Shown here one piece after another: positions 1-12,700 of a stretch of 64,000 bases of DNA. Every line of letters begins with the position of its first letter. The first letter of the stretch is position 1. Both the position numbers and the translations under genes were made by a program. The stretch comes from Trichoplax adhaerens (taxonomy: Eukaryota; Animalia; Placozoa): NCBI RefSeq assembly GCF_000150275.1, contig NW_002060946.1:7608829-7672828 (forward strand), given 5' to 3'. The notes beneath the pieces were generated by a model that was given only the letters and a program-made list of their open reading frames with translations, made no database searches and was not told the DNA's origin.

Positions 1-11
1 TTTATCTTCAG

Positions 12-1914
12 ATTTCGAATCATTTGCAGAGAATCTATTAATAAATACATGGTGGATCCCCTTTGTAGTGCTCTGGTAAATCTTAAAATTTCTGTAATAG
101 ATAAATTCATACCATATAGGCCGTTACATTGCCCAAACTAACATCCATTTCTACTTTTGTATTAGGGAGATGCGAAGAAATTAAAGAACTTAAAGACTGA
201 GGATATCGCTTATTATTCATCTCTTTCCGAAATATTGCTCTTAATAGCTATTGATGACTGGTTTCGTGAACGTCTAGCAAAACAGACAGTTTTATGGTTG
301 GGAATTGGGCATTTGCTTGTAAGCTAGCTATTCCATTGCTAACTACGCCTGTAATGAACCAGTCTACACAATTTTATTCAACTGCCAACATTTGTATTAA
401 CATAACTTTAGAATATAGCTGCAAAAGCCCCAAAAAATGTTGAGAATTTACTCCATGCTATGTTAGGTTTAATGTTAAACCTTTGCGCCCAAGCGTCAGA
501 AAATGCAGCCATTCAGGTTTAATGATAAACAAATAATCATAAAATTTAAATTAGGAGTAGACCAGCTGGCCGAACTAAAATATCTTCATATATTCTTTTC
601 AAGATAGTCTTTCAAATGAACGCCGTTTTATTTGTCGCCTTTATGTCATAACTTCACTCGGATTAACATGACTTTGCGATATTTTTTAGAATTTTTCAAA
701 CGATTTCCTTCCTAGTCTTGTTAACATCTTAACCACGAAAAATGAAGATATTTTCGAAGTACGAGTAAATAACTATATTTGTAAAAGTCCCACTTTTACA
801 AGCAAAATCTGCATTTCATCTCTGTAATCTCTAATAACTAGTTACCTTTTGGCTTAATTACTACGCTGGATTATCTTACTCTCCACATCTAAAATTTTAG
901 CGTTTAACTAGATGCATTGCGCGTCTTATTGGATTTTGTACAAAGAAATCATGGTCCTTAGATTTGTTACCTAAGATCTGCCCAGCAATATTGGTGGTAA
1001 GAAATATCTTAGGTTGATATTTAGAACCGTATATAAACTAAATGAAGTAAATTAAAAAATTAAAGCCTGTCCATTTCTGATGTTTGAGCCTAAACATATG
1101 TATTTCAATGTATATGAATTGATAGAATCGTGGTCGTTCAGTCACACTTAAAGCTTTATCGACATGTCTGGCCTATTGTACAAAAAATGACCAGAAAGCT
1201 GCCATCGAGTTTTTGCTCGACTTCAAAGGTAGTTGAAAATTGTCGTTTTTATTACTCACCACTTATTGATTACATTACTAGCTTAGGCTTTTTAACTAAA
1301 AGATAATATATAAACTGCTTTAATTTTTTACAATTTTTGTAGATTTAGTCACAATCTTTACTATGATGATTAATTCGGATGATGATAGCATTGTTGGTAA
1401 TTCTAGTCTTGCCTGCAGCCACATAATCGGACAAGGTAAAGAGTAATAGATATAAATCACCGTCTGAATATAGTACTGTGCACAATAAGTACCGCACTAG
1501 TTAATTAAATTTTGTCTACTTTTATTTATTGCTATTCTCGAATCTCCTACCGATGGATAGCAAAAATAAGTCAATTATTTATTGGAAGCGATATCGTTGC
1601 TGATTTATTACGGATAGTGGATAGCAGTCGGAAAAATGTTACACGAAAAAATGCTGGGATTGCATTGGCTAAATTAAGCCAAAGCGATGCAAGGTAAGAG
1701 CAAGTTTGTTGATGCTTCTGGATTTTTTGACACCTTATAGCCTATAACAATTCAAGATAATATTAATGATATTTCATAAATGCCAGATTGCACGAATAAA
1801 AACACTAAGCGACAATTACTAATTGTTTTTCATTTAAGGCATCTGGAAAGGCTGCGGGATTTACATGGCGTAGAAATTCTTCACTCAGTTTTAGATTCAT
1901 TTGGAAAAATTTAA
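12..1914 (+). CDS. TTC12: 3' part of a multi-exon TTC12-like TPR/armadillo-repeat gene; the 5' end lies upstream of the window
   Basis: Series of short AG/GT-bounded exons. The last ones translate to DDSIVGNSSLACSH...RKNAGIALAKLSQSDAR|HLERLRDLHGVEILHSVLDSFGKI*, with TAA at 1912-1914. This matches the recalled TTC12 C-terminus (GNAALCL...NAGIALGKL...RKLHGLEIL). AATAAA at 1937-1942. Confidence 0.8.
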
Positions 1915-4900
1915 GCTTTTACAAATTTCTAGATTAAATAAATACTATAGAATAATTGAAAACGCAGAAATTAATAAGCGGTTTCTGTTAGATGAAGTTA
2001 AAGCACCGAGAACACTCCCTTAGACAAGCATTAATTCTACGACTCGACGAAAAGTACTATTTTTTGTACCGTTTCTGATGTATAGACAACAAGCAAACTA
2101 AGCAGTGGTAGTATTAGTTATCGATAACCATGTTCTATAGTAGTAAGTGAAATAAACTATTCTGTAATATTTTATTCGTGTTGAATCCTTATACCTTCAA
2201 ATAAAGTTTACTTTGTGTATTTTAATAACATTTTTTTGCAATCTGAACCGTCCCTGAATAAACCATTTAAGAATGAGAACGGTGTAACTATTTATATCCT
2301 TAAATAATATCAAATGAAATATCAGAAGTCTACACACTGGGCTCCTAAAAAGTAATTGTAAAAACGCCGAACACTTTAACTTTCAGCAGGTGCGGCGCAG
2401 TGTTTCGGTTACATGTTCACTGAAAATCGAGACATGCAAATATCGCTCAAGCCTGAATAAAATCAGACATACAGCGGTTCGAATTAATTGATTATTGTTA
2501 AATTGAGGGGCTTACGGTCAATACCATATTTTATTTATTTATTCCAAAATATTGCGAATACTTATTTATAATGTAAATCGTGATTTATAGAGAGAAACTA
2601 AACTATATGAGCCTTTTGATAGGCTAATCCTCTCGATGATTGCCCATAACGTCACTCAATACTGACGAACATCTATCGTTGGGGCCACGGTAACTGCAAG
2701 TCTCACTTAAACTAAACTTTAAAGTCATATTTACTAAATAATTCATCAATTTATAAACGCATCGTTATGCTATTTAATCTTAATTTATCATTCGGATGTA
2801 ATATTATAAAGTATGCGAGATATCCTAGATATAATCTCTATCGGTGAATTTCTAAGTAAGTTATGTAATGATAGCTTTGCTGCAGCTTCGATACTGAAAA
2901 ATAAAATTGCGATTTTTACCCCTGAGATTCACATTATAGGAAACTATTTTCCGTATGCAATTGCCATATATTTGTATCTAAACTAAATAGAAATTTTATA
3001 AATTCAAATAATCTAATATGTAGAATAAGGATAAGCATATACCGAAGTTCTAGAAAGAAGAAATATTTCAGAAAAACATCCGGTTACTATGTTGCTAAGG
3101 ATATCACTTTAGGAGAGTTTATAATCTGATATCATTATTTTATTATATATGGTAAGCATATTTGGCATATTATAATTTTAAACGCAAAAACTGTATTAGC
3201 TTTTAAATTGCAATCATAGGGTTAGTTATACGTTTTTTTTGCCGTATCGTATTAAGCTATTTTCTTAATCTGGCATCTGTGTGAGCACTGCGGATATCCT
3301 AATCAGTAATAAATACTATACCTTATTAAATTAGAAATTGGATGAGAAACTTAATGAATAATAATTCTTTAAGAGCAATACATCTCACTTAATAATAGCC
3401 AGTTAAGCTTAATGCAGATACGACGGGATAAAACAAAGTTAAAAACACAGGTTATTATTCATTATTATCGAATAGAACATCATAAATTAATTTATTTAAT
3501 CAAAACGCTTTAATATCAATCTGAAATATCAGTTCTAGAGTAAACATAGTGATGACGTTTTTGAATTATTACTAACATATAGGAACATGGCTTCTACTTC
3601 ATTTTGCCGCATAATTCTTCAGTCACCGAACTACCCACATAGACGAATCGAGTTATCTCAAATATATTAATATTACATATTTGTAACTTAAAATACCACA
3701 TACAGCATATGCAGTATGAAATATGTTTCTATAACGTGCATAGATTACAGTGAATCAGCTTAATTGCGGATACAAGCGTTCATAGTTAAATTGAAAGAAT
3801 AGAATAACCTGTCTTGGTTGCTAGTAATTTAAGGAAATAATGTCCTTGTCTAAACTTCATTTCTCTCTGCTAAATTCCGATTATATTACAGTATAAGCTT
3901 TCATTATACGGTATATTCAAGTATGCTACACGATTGTTTACTTTAAGTAAAGTATGCTTTATTTGTATAATTTTAGTGGCGATAAAACAATAATGCAATT
4001 TTTTCAAAAGGCGAAAGAATATTGATGAATCAGTACGAGTATAGCTTAATTTTCTCGCCGTACTAAAAATGGCAGCCCATCACGGTGGTAGCCAACTAGA
4101 AATGTAACTATATGAGCTACTGTTAATAGAACTACCATCAGTTATCTTTCTACCTGGTTTAACTAGATGCAGGAGATTAAATTATACTCCGATTGTAACT
4201 TTACTGATGTAATGCACGATATTACTAAATCAATGACAGACTAAATTGAAATAAGATCTGGTGCAGTTTAATTTTAATCAAATTGCGCGTAATCTCGGTG
4301 AATATTCTAGAAGGTGGATATTGGCTGATTTAAGAGACAGTATTGCATTGGCTGCAAAAAGGTACCTCAATATAGCCAACGTTACTTTGGAAAATGGCAG
4401 CCTTAGCCTAAGCTATTTATTATAAATAAATTTATAGTATGCTTATCAAAATCCTGAAATATAGTTAACAATGTTATTTTACATCTATATCTATTTGCTG
4501 TATTTTCTCTTATTCTGATTTGAAATGAGTTGATTAATACATATTACCGCCGGTTTGCCGTATTGCATCGGTATATAATACTATGGTCATTAACCGTTAT
4601 CACGGTAATGATAGAACGATAAACAACTTCGACAATTTAGATTGACGTAAAAACTGAAATCAAAATCCCTTTCATCAGTGCGACGGCTCCTGTGCTGATA
4701 GCTACTACGGTTACCGTATAATTTTAGAGATTCCCGATCTTATTGAAAATGCTCAGATACTTGTAAATTCTGAATGATTCCGAAATAAAAATAGATCAAA
4801 CCATATCTTAAAGTAATGAAATAATTAATATAAGGTACCGCACTGTTCTGAAATAGCAGATAAAAATACTCGGATGTGCTATGAAGGCAATTCCATTTGT

Positions 4901-5744
4901 CGATTGAAAGATTGGCAAGTATTACTATCGTCAATTCATATAATATTCAGAGCTACGAATTTTATAGTATGAACTTGAATGTTATACATATCAGGTTGTT
5001 ATTGTGCTCAGGCTCGGCGATTTATGAATTAATGATTTCATTTAATTTAGTTTACCTGATTGAGGATTTTACTCGCCGGACCGATCTCTTATACAATAAT
5101 TTATTGCATACGAGTACTATTGGTAATCTCCTGTAATTCGCGTTAATTGCCTTTATCCATAATTGTATGCAAGTTTTTAACGTAATCAAGAATCAAAACT
5201 GTTTTTGTATAGTCGTTCGTTCATTGATTATTCGTTAACAATTATATTATAGTAAGTATACTGACATTGCTTTTATTAATACTTTAATTCATTTGGGTAT
5301 TAGCTAGAACAATCATAGCTTGCTGGACGGTACGTACTTTAACCAATACATTGTTAGAATAAGTTATATTTTTATTTTGTTTAAACGCTAATTTTATCAA
5401 ACGTGAAACTTTGAACTATTTTCAAAGTTATTAGTCCCTATGAGGAAGAACTATATGATAAAAAACTTAGCGGAGGACTGTATAAAGGATGATCATACGA
5501 CCCAATAATGCAAAGTTAGATTTTTAATACTACTAGATAAGTTCCTACGCCGTAAGAATACTAAATTAACTGATCTTTTTCCTTTTAATTTTAGTTAGGG
5601 TTCTTACCAAAATTGAGCCAGAGACATTTACGGGCAATTTTGTTACATGTGTATTACAGCGATTTATTGATACTAAATTTGCTAAGAACTTTTATTTAGA
5701 CTTTAATAACTTAAATTCAAGATCTACTATCTTAATATTTATCT

Positions 5745-7325
5745 ATGGAATCTAAATACGAATTAAATCCCTCTGACCTCCACGTATCAATCAACAGTCT
5801 ACCTGGTTTGATAATTTTACAAAAATCTTCACCCAGTAATAACAATCATCAACAAGGTGTCGTCTACAGGACTCGTTTAATGGCGTATTATTGCAGAAAT
5901 GATTCTTTACCGAGTGTGTGTAAGCTTTATTATAACATTCCTACATTTACTCATACACAGAAAACTAAGCGGAGGCGTACGAGAGACTATAATCGCCATA
6001 CAGATATAATCCGTCGTTTCTTTAATAGTGATAGCGACGCTATCAACTATCCTGTTGGATGTTATTCTGTACGAATATTTGTCGATGATAATCAATCTTG
6101 TTTAATTACTAAAGATCGACGGCGAGATGCATATCATCCTATAGCGTTTCTACGTGATAACAAGCTAATCGGCGGTTTATATGCTAACTTTGATCGTTAT
6201 GTCCATCCGAGCCTAAGTGAAAAAGTTATTTCGATCGATGAAAAACCTATACGATCTATTATTACAGCTGTATGCCTGTATGGTTATAATTTGAAAGGCA
6301 TCGATAACTGCGAAAATCAATATCCGATAACGAGCGCAACTCATAATCTACAACAAGATCAAACTATAGAAAGAATAAAACTGGAATGCGATGAATGGCA
6401 TCCATACGAAAAATTAATTCATCAAACGCTCGAAAATATGGTACCATTTTTTTATGTTATAGGTAAAGGAACTATGCCTACATTATATTTTCATCTTCCG
6501 ATTGCAGAATATATTATAGTCGGATTACAATTATTTCTAACTAATTATATGACCAGAAAAGCTTTCGACGATTATATCGATTATATAACCGAACGTTCCA
6601 GAAAGCATCGTCAATGGTTAGATAATTACTCTTCTCGTTACAATATAACATTGATAACCGAAGCGCCTATTAGTAGATTAGTATTAGAAAGGAACGACGA
6701 ATTTTGTTTACAACGATTTATGGATGGAATCGATGTACCGTTAAGTCTTTTAAATGGCATCGATAAAGAAAGCGGTAACAAAATTGCAGAACATGTTAGT
6801 CAACGATGTTGGATATGGTTATGTGAAAGTCAAGTAGAGCCCTATCGTAGTGTGTGGCGATATATTAAGAGTCAGAAAGATCTTCATTGTAATGAAGAAG
6901 AATTATATAACGGTTATAGCTTGATATCGCTTAAGTATATCAGCTATATCGCTTATTTAGCTTGTGTTAAGCAAATGGAGAAAGTAGGCCAAGTGTTAAT
7001 GGTCCAGCCACTTGATGAAAAACAAGTATCGGTAGCTTATAAAAATTTATTAGGAGATAAATACGGTGGTATATTAGGATTTCATTGGATGGTGCCAATA
7101 GTATCGAATATATCTACGATGGACACTTTATTCACTCTAAAAGACTACTTAGCACCGTTAGATAATCTGATTGAGAACGGTATTATTAAGCAATGTTTCC
7201 TTGAGAGCGGCGCTGCAGCAACAAACTTAGATAAAAATAGTATAGTTTCTTATACAAAGATTAAAGAGCAGTTACTATCGAAACATCGGTATCTTCTTAC
7301 GCAGCAAATTGATTCGATATCTTAA
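5745..7325 (+). CDS. Intronless 526-aa protein of unknown function
   Basis: A 1581-nt stop-free ATG..TAA frame in very AT-rich DNA is far too long for chance. Composition is globular with no obvious TM helices. Basic patch KTKRRRTR at about aa 73-80. No animal domain recognised. Confidence 0.85.
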   Translation: MESKYELNPSDLHVSINSLPGLIILQKSSPSNNNHQQGVVYRTRLMAYYCRNDSLPSVCKLYYNIPTFTHTQKTKRRRTRDYNRHTDIIRRFFNSDSDAINYPVGCYSVRIFVDDNQSCLITKDRRRDAYHPIAFLRDNKLIGGLYANFDRYVHPSLSEKVISIDEKPIRSIITAVCLYGYNLKGIDNCENQYPITSATHNLQQDQTIERIKLECDEWHPYEKLIHQTLENMVPFFYVIGKGTMPTLYFHLPIAEYIIVGLQLFLTNYMTRKAFDDYIDYITERSRKHRQWLDNYSSRYNITLITEAPISRLVLERNDEFCLQRFMDGIDVPLSLLNGIDKESGNKIAEHVSQRCWIWLCESQVEPYRSVWRYIKSQKDLHCNEEELYNGYSLISLKYISYIAYLACVKQMEKVGQVLMVQPLDEKQVSVAYKNLLGDKYGGILGFHWMVPIVSNISTMDTLFTLKDYLAPLDNLIENGIIKQCFLESGAAATNLDKNSIVSYTKIKEQLLSKHRYLLTQQIDSIS

Positions 7326-8967
7326 AAGTAATACCGTTAATCTGTGGATCTTTACATTTTAGACACTGCAGAATTAGTAATATCGAGATTATAGTAGAAA
7401 CATCTATGTTAGAATAATTTTGTTGATTTACCCTTATACGAAGAGTTTCTTATTTAGATATATGATATTTAAATATAGCACTAGCTTTTATGGTGATATA
7501 TACAGCCTACTGAAATTAGTAGTTTAATTAGGGAATCGAGAATAATCTTCTTACAATTCAAATCACTGTGATTGTAATTTACTTATGGTAGATTATCGTA
7601 GAAATGTTCCGTGATAGGAAATATTGTAATCTGACAATTTTGTATTAGTTATTCGATGTCTATCTTGGTAAATACTGTTGTCTTCATTCGGTAGCAGTAG
7701 ATAAAATTAGCTTTTGATTCATTATCAGGCTTCAACGTTAATATTACTAACTAAGATGTCTTTGCTATTGTAAAAGAGTATATAAATGCGATAATCGTAT
7801 AATAAAGTTAGTTCTTGTGATTCGTGTTTAACGTAAGATCCGAGGTGTCTAAGTCATTTTGTAGTCTACTAGTATAGGAAAAGTGCTCCTGAAAGAGTAG
7901 ATATTGTTCCCTGATAAATGATTCAGGGAATCGACTGATTGATCTTGCATTACGTTATTTTGTAGCAAAGCTGTTTTGCAACAGTAATCTTTATCATCTT
8001 CTACACTACTACTAACTTGGATATGGCCAATCAGACGTTGGCACTTGTTACTGTTGCACTTGGATAGTGCACTATACAGAATGTTGACATATAGTATTTC
8101 GAACTCGAGATCATTTTTCCTTTTCTTCTCTCTTACCCTGCCACTCAATTAAAATCTATCTCTCACTGCACCTTGTACGTTAACTCTTAATAAGACTACA
8201 GAGTGTTATTCTTAGACTGAGTTATGGAATGGTAACATTCTTGGCTTGTTTAAATAGTAGTTCGTTGTTCAATTTTCTATGATATATTCCTAGTAATTTT
8301 ACTATGCTTGAACCTGTGGCATAACAACCTGTGATTAATCCGTAGTCTAAAGCATAGAAGTATCGACCCACATGCTGAACGTATTCGAAACAGCTATATC
8401 ACGCATCTTAGTATGGCGAATATAACATTCATATATAATTATAAATTGTAAGATAAACAGTTGCAAGGATTTTAGCAAATTACGGTAGTTACGTGTTACA
8501 TCAATTCAAATCTTTATTTCTCAGAAAAGAATAGCTAATAATAAAATACATTAAGATCCACTTCACTAAACTACTAACTAACTATAATATGTGTTATTGG
8601 GCTTCTAAAAAGAGAAATTTCAGTTTAGAATAGTGATATCAATTATTTATTATCAGTTATACTATCGCGAGATAGTATCAAATAGTTTTAATCCTTGAAC
8701 GATAATGGACAGTATTTCTAACACCAGAGGGCACTTTGCTGCACGCAATCAATAGTACAGCGTACAATTTCTCCATATTATCCTGATAGTATCTTGATAG
8801 ATTAGTATTAATAATTATTATTCTACCGGCAAAAATATAATATGCTCAGGCAGGGAAATTGTGGGTCAGCAAAACAATTTTACTATCAAGTAAACAGCAA
8901 AAGTATACGCGAGGTATAGTATAGGGAGCGAGCGATATACTAGTTATGATAGTATCAGAACTACACT

Positions 8968-9372
8968 TGATATTAGGAAGCATATATTCTAAGATAATCC
9001 TCTAGTTATATTCTGAATGTAACACTTTAAAACTTTATGGAGAATATATTTTCGTTGATTTAGATGGGATATCCAACTAGTATTAAGAAAAAATCTGATA
9101 GTTAACTCTAGTTTAGAAGTCTGATGAGTTGTTCAAGTTCGATGCATTCTGACTAGGTTATACTGTACTGATATTAGGAAGCATATATTCTAAGATAATC
9201 CTCTAGTTATATTCTGAATGTAACACTTTAAAACTTTATGGAGAATATATTTTCGTTGATTTAGATTGGATATCCAACTAGTATTAAGAAAAACTCTGAT
9301 AGTTAACTCTAGTTTAGAAGTCTGATAAGTCGTTCAAGTTCGATGCATTCTGACTAGGTTATACTGTACTGA
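8968..9372. repeat. Near-perfect tandem duplication, 2 x 201 bp
   Basis: TGATATTAGGAAGCATATATTC... starts at 8968 and again at 9169. I count 4 substitutions between the copies. Confidence 0.95.
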
Positions 9373-9588
9373 CGTAAATTGCAGTAAGCGATCAATACTG
9401 TAAGCGTTTATTCTGAGTCCTGATGATTGTACTGTATGGGAAAGACAATCCAGGCGTCCATACGTCTATTACGTACAGTATACAGTACTGTCATACTATA
9501 CTACATGGTACTGTACACTGTGGCAACGTACTGTACTACTTACTATAAAGAAGTTTCATATAGTATGAAGCATACAAAATTAATTTGA

Positions 9589-9602
9589 ACTGCGCATGTG
9601 CG
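9589..9602 (+). promoter_or_regulatory. NRF1-like motif in the putative INTS10 promoter
   Basis: ACTGCGCATGTGCG resembles the NRF1 consensus TGCGCATGCGCA. It lies just before a probable non-coding first exon (donor AG|GTAATT at 9702). Confidence 0.45.
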
Positions 9603-9774
9603 ATGAAGGTTTGCTGATTGTTGCTCGAGCTTAAATGGCAGTCTAGTGATCTGGTCGATAGTGGTGGTTGGAAATAGTTCAGAGTTGATTCTGCTGCTAA
9701 GGTAATTGCCTATTTAGAAGCTCTTTCCATAGATTAAATAGTATCTTACTGTGTTATCGTCTCAACGTAGTGTA

Positions 9775-12700
9775 ATGGAAACGATGGAAGAAGAAGATTG
9801 GCTATGGATGTTAGGCCAAGCTGAGCAAGCACAAGTATCCAACGATATCTATGGAGCTCGATCATGGCTAATTAGTTGTAAATCTTTATTTCCTGATAAC
9901 TTTCAAGTTCAGGTAATAAAGACATGATAATTCAGATAATGATGGAATACCAATTTTACTGATGTTAACTTAGAAATCCAGAGATAGGATACTATAGTCT
10001 ACTATATTCATATATGTATTGATTGTTGATTTATAACGAAAACGCGATATCAACGTTGAACATTAAAGACGTCTAGCTAGGTTAAAGTCGGTAGCGGTTT
10101 ACAGTGTTTACGAAATAGAGAATAAGAACTTTTTAAAATAAAGTGCATTGGGCATGATAGACACTATTCAGTAACATTTATTTGATGTTTGTCTATGTTG
10201 AGCTTGAGTTTGAATAAGGATATTATCGAATTAATGGTGTGCCATGCTGTGGATTCAATCTAATGATTCCTTTTCCTATTGAATTAGCTCTTTGCCTATA
10301 ATTTTGAAAAAAATTGCAAAAAGTACCGCCAAGCTGCAACTGTTTTAACAACGATGTATGTTTGCCATACTCTATCAGCCGTTCCTGTTTATGATAGAAT
10401 ATTTTAGAGTAAAATTGAAACCTATTGAGAAGATGCTATACAACTTGTACAGTATACCTGATTACAACTTAATATGTTTGTTTTATTGTATTACTTAAAT
10501 AATGCCTGGTACTCGTTCAACAGGCTAAATAAATTTACTAGCGAAGACAAGCTATGGCAACTCCTAAGAGACTCCTGCCTTGCCTTATTTGTTGGTAATA
10601 GTGAAGACAATGCAGAATTTGAAGGTGCAGATAAATACACCTATTTAGTGATATTTGAACTTACCGGATAAATTACTGCATCATCAACTATTGTTGCTTT
10701 AAAAGCTACCAGTATTACAGTATGCTTTTGAAGTAATTCCATAATTGACGTATAGTGTCCTGTGTCTTATCGCTATTTCCTTAAATTTTGAATACTTTAT
10801 AAAATGATATATTACTTCTGATAATTCGTGATATCTGGTTATCGTTTTAGAAATACTAAATGAATTTAGCGATGAAGAGAGGTTGGGTTTATTAACTGCT
10901 ACTGCAGGTAAAATAATTTAAAAAGTAATTATATTGGATGAGTTTTAGTTTGCTTCGATGATATGTAAGTTTACTGTAGCGATGCCTATAATTAATTGAA
11001 ATAGTTTCAATATTGCGAATGTAATTCATATTATCCAATTTAGATTCTACACTAGTTCATAGTAGAATTAATGTTACAACTGCCATTTATAATCGAACAG
11101 TATCACACACCTAAAAAATTTTGTCTCTGGGGGTATACTTGTAGACAATAGTCAACAAACTGCTGAAAAATGCAAACTGAAGCTGTTAATACTACGAAAT
11201 TATCCACAGACCATAATAACCCATGGCGTAAGCTCTAAGCATGAATTACGGAATGCATGTATCATTAACTATTTTGATTCTAGCAAAGTATAGGTGCTGT
11301 AATGTGTATGGTATTCATTTACATGAATACTTCGAACTTGCAACAAATTTTAATTAGTAGATATTCATATGGTTGTTAAAATATTTGTAATATCACATTG
11401 TTTACTCCGAAAAATTGAACAGAAAGAGCTAGTGAATACCTTAGAGGATGCATTAAACAACCCAAAAGATGATCGGTACTTAATGGAGTTCGAATCTTTA
11501 CTAGGTACATTATCCCACGCCTTATTTGCATTTTTTAATTTCTAATCTTAACAAACAGATATTATATAAGAAGCTCTTGACGTTACGTAGTATATATTTT
11601 TAAAAAGTCTATTGATAATTAAATGGGTGTGTATGTTAATTTATTACAGCATGCTCCGTTGTTCCTTTGATTTTAAAAAGCGACCGTACATTCTATTCGC
11701 TGACAACCCGGATGAGGTACTGATTAAATATCGCACAGTCAATTTCATTAATTGTCACATTTTTATAGCGACTACTATAAAGAGTAAAGTTGTCTTTAAC
11801 AGTAATTTACCTCTTAGTTTAATTGGAAATTATCACTATTTTTTGAAAGTACGATGCCGATAATATTGTATATCTACCTACGACTTCTCTATACAACTGG
11901 CTGGAATTGTCTATTCGTTACTTTCTGCTCAAAAAACATAGTGGAAACAGTGCGGCGCATTACAAAGATGTTATCGATACTTTGGTGTCTGTCGCATCTA
12001 AAGCAAATTGGGTTAATGATGGAAAGATTGAAGAGTGCTTTATACCATTGCTAAAGGGGTTAGTATCAACTATCATGCTGCCGTGAAATGGTAAATAAAT
12101 AAAAATACGTTTAAATAATATGTCACGTTGTGGTAATTAATCAATTTATAGTGACGTAGAAAAATGCTGGAAATTGCTACAGAACCTCAGTCAATCGGAC
12201 ATAACTAAAGAAGAAGTTTTGTACTCATACTTTGTGTTGTTATGCTATGCTGCATATCATTATAATCTAAATGCGACAGGAGGTTTACAATTTGATCGCC
12301 AAATTTCTAATTGCTGTGATGAAATTGTTGATCGTTTTCTTGATTATAATTCTTCTTTCATGTAGTATTTGAAATAGAAGATAGCGCAAACCTGGCTCTT
12401 GGTTCTGCCAGCAATAATGGATACGTTTTACTGCAATCGGTTTGCGAAGTCACAGCGTCTATAGAGGTGAGCTTTATTTCGCCTTTACTGTTGTATTGTT
12501 TTTAGAACAGAATAACATAAGTTAACATGAAGCTTATCTTAGCAGACATGTAGAAATTAAAGATACTGTTTGATTTATGCTTGAAACAATCGATCGCACT
12601 TACTAATCCGCTTTTATTGCTATTATATTTACGTTCCACAACTTAGGATAGCGATAACGAAGATGTATATATGGAACCGAAACCGCCCGGTAATTTATTC

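Noticed and set aside
7849-8148. 99-aa minus-strand ORF
   Set aside because: Non-ATG start, no recognisable motif and no supported exon chain.
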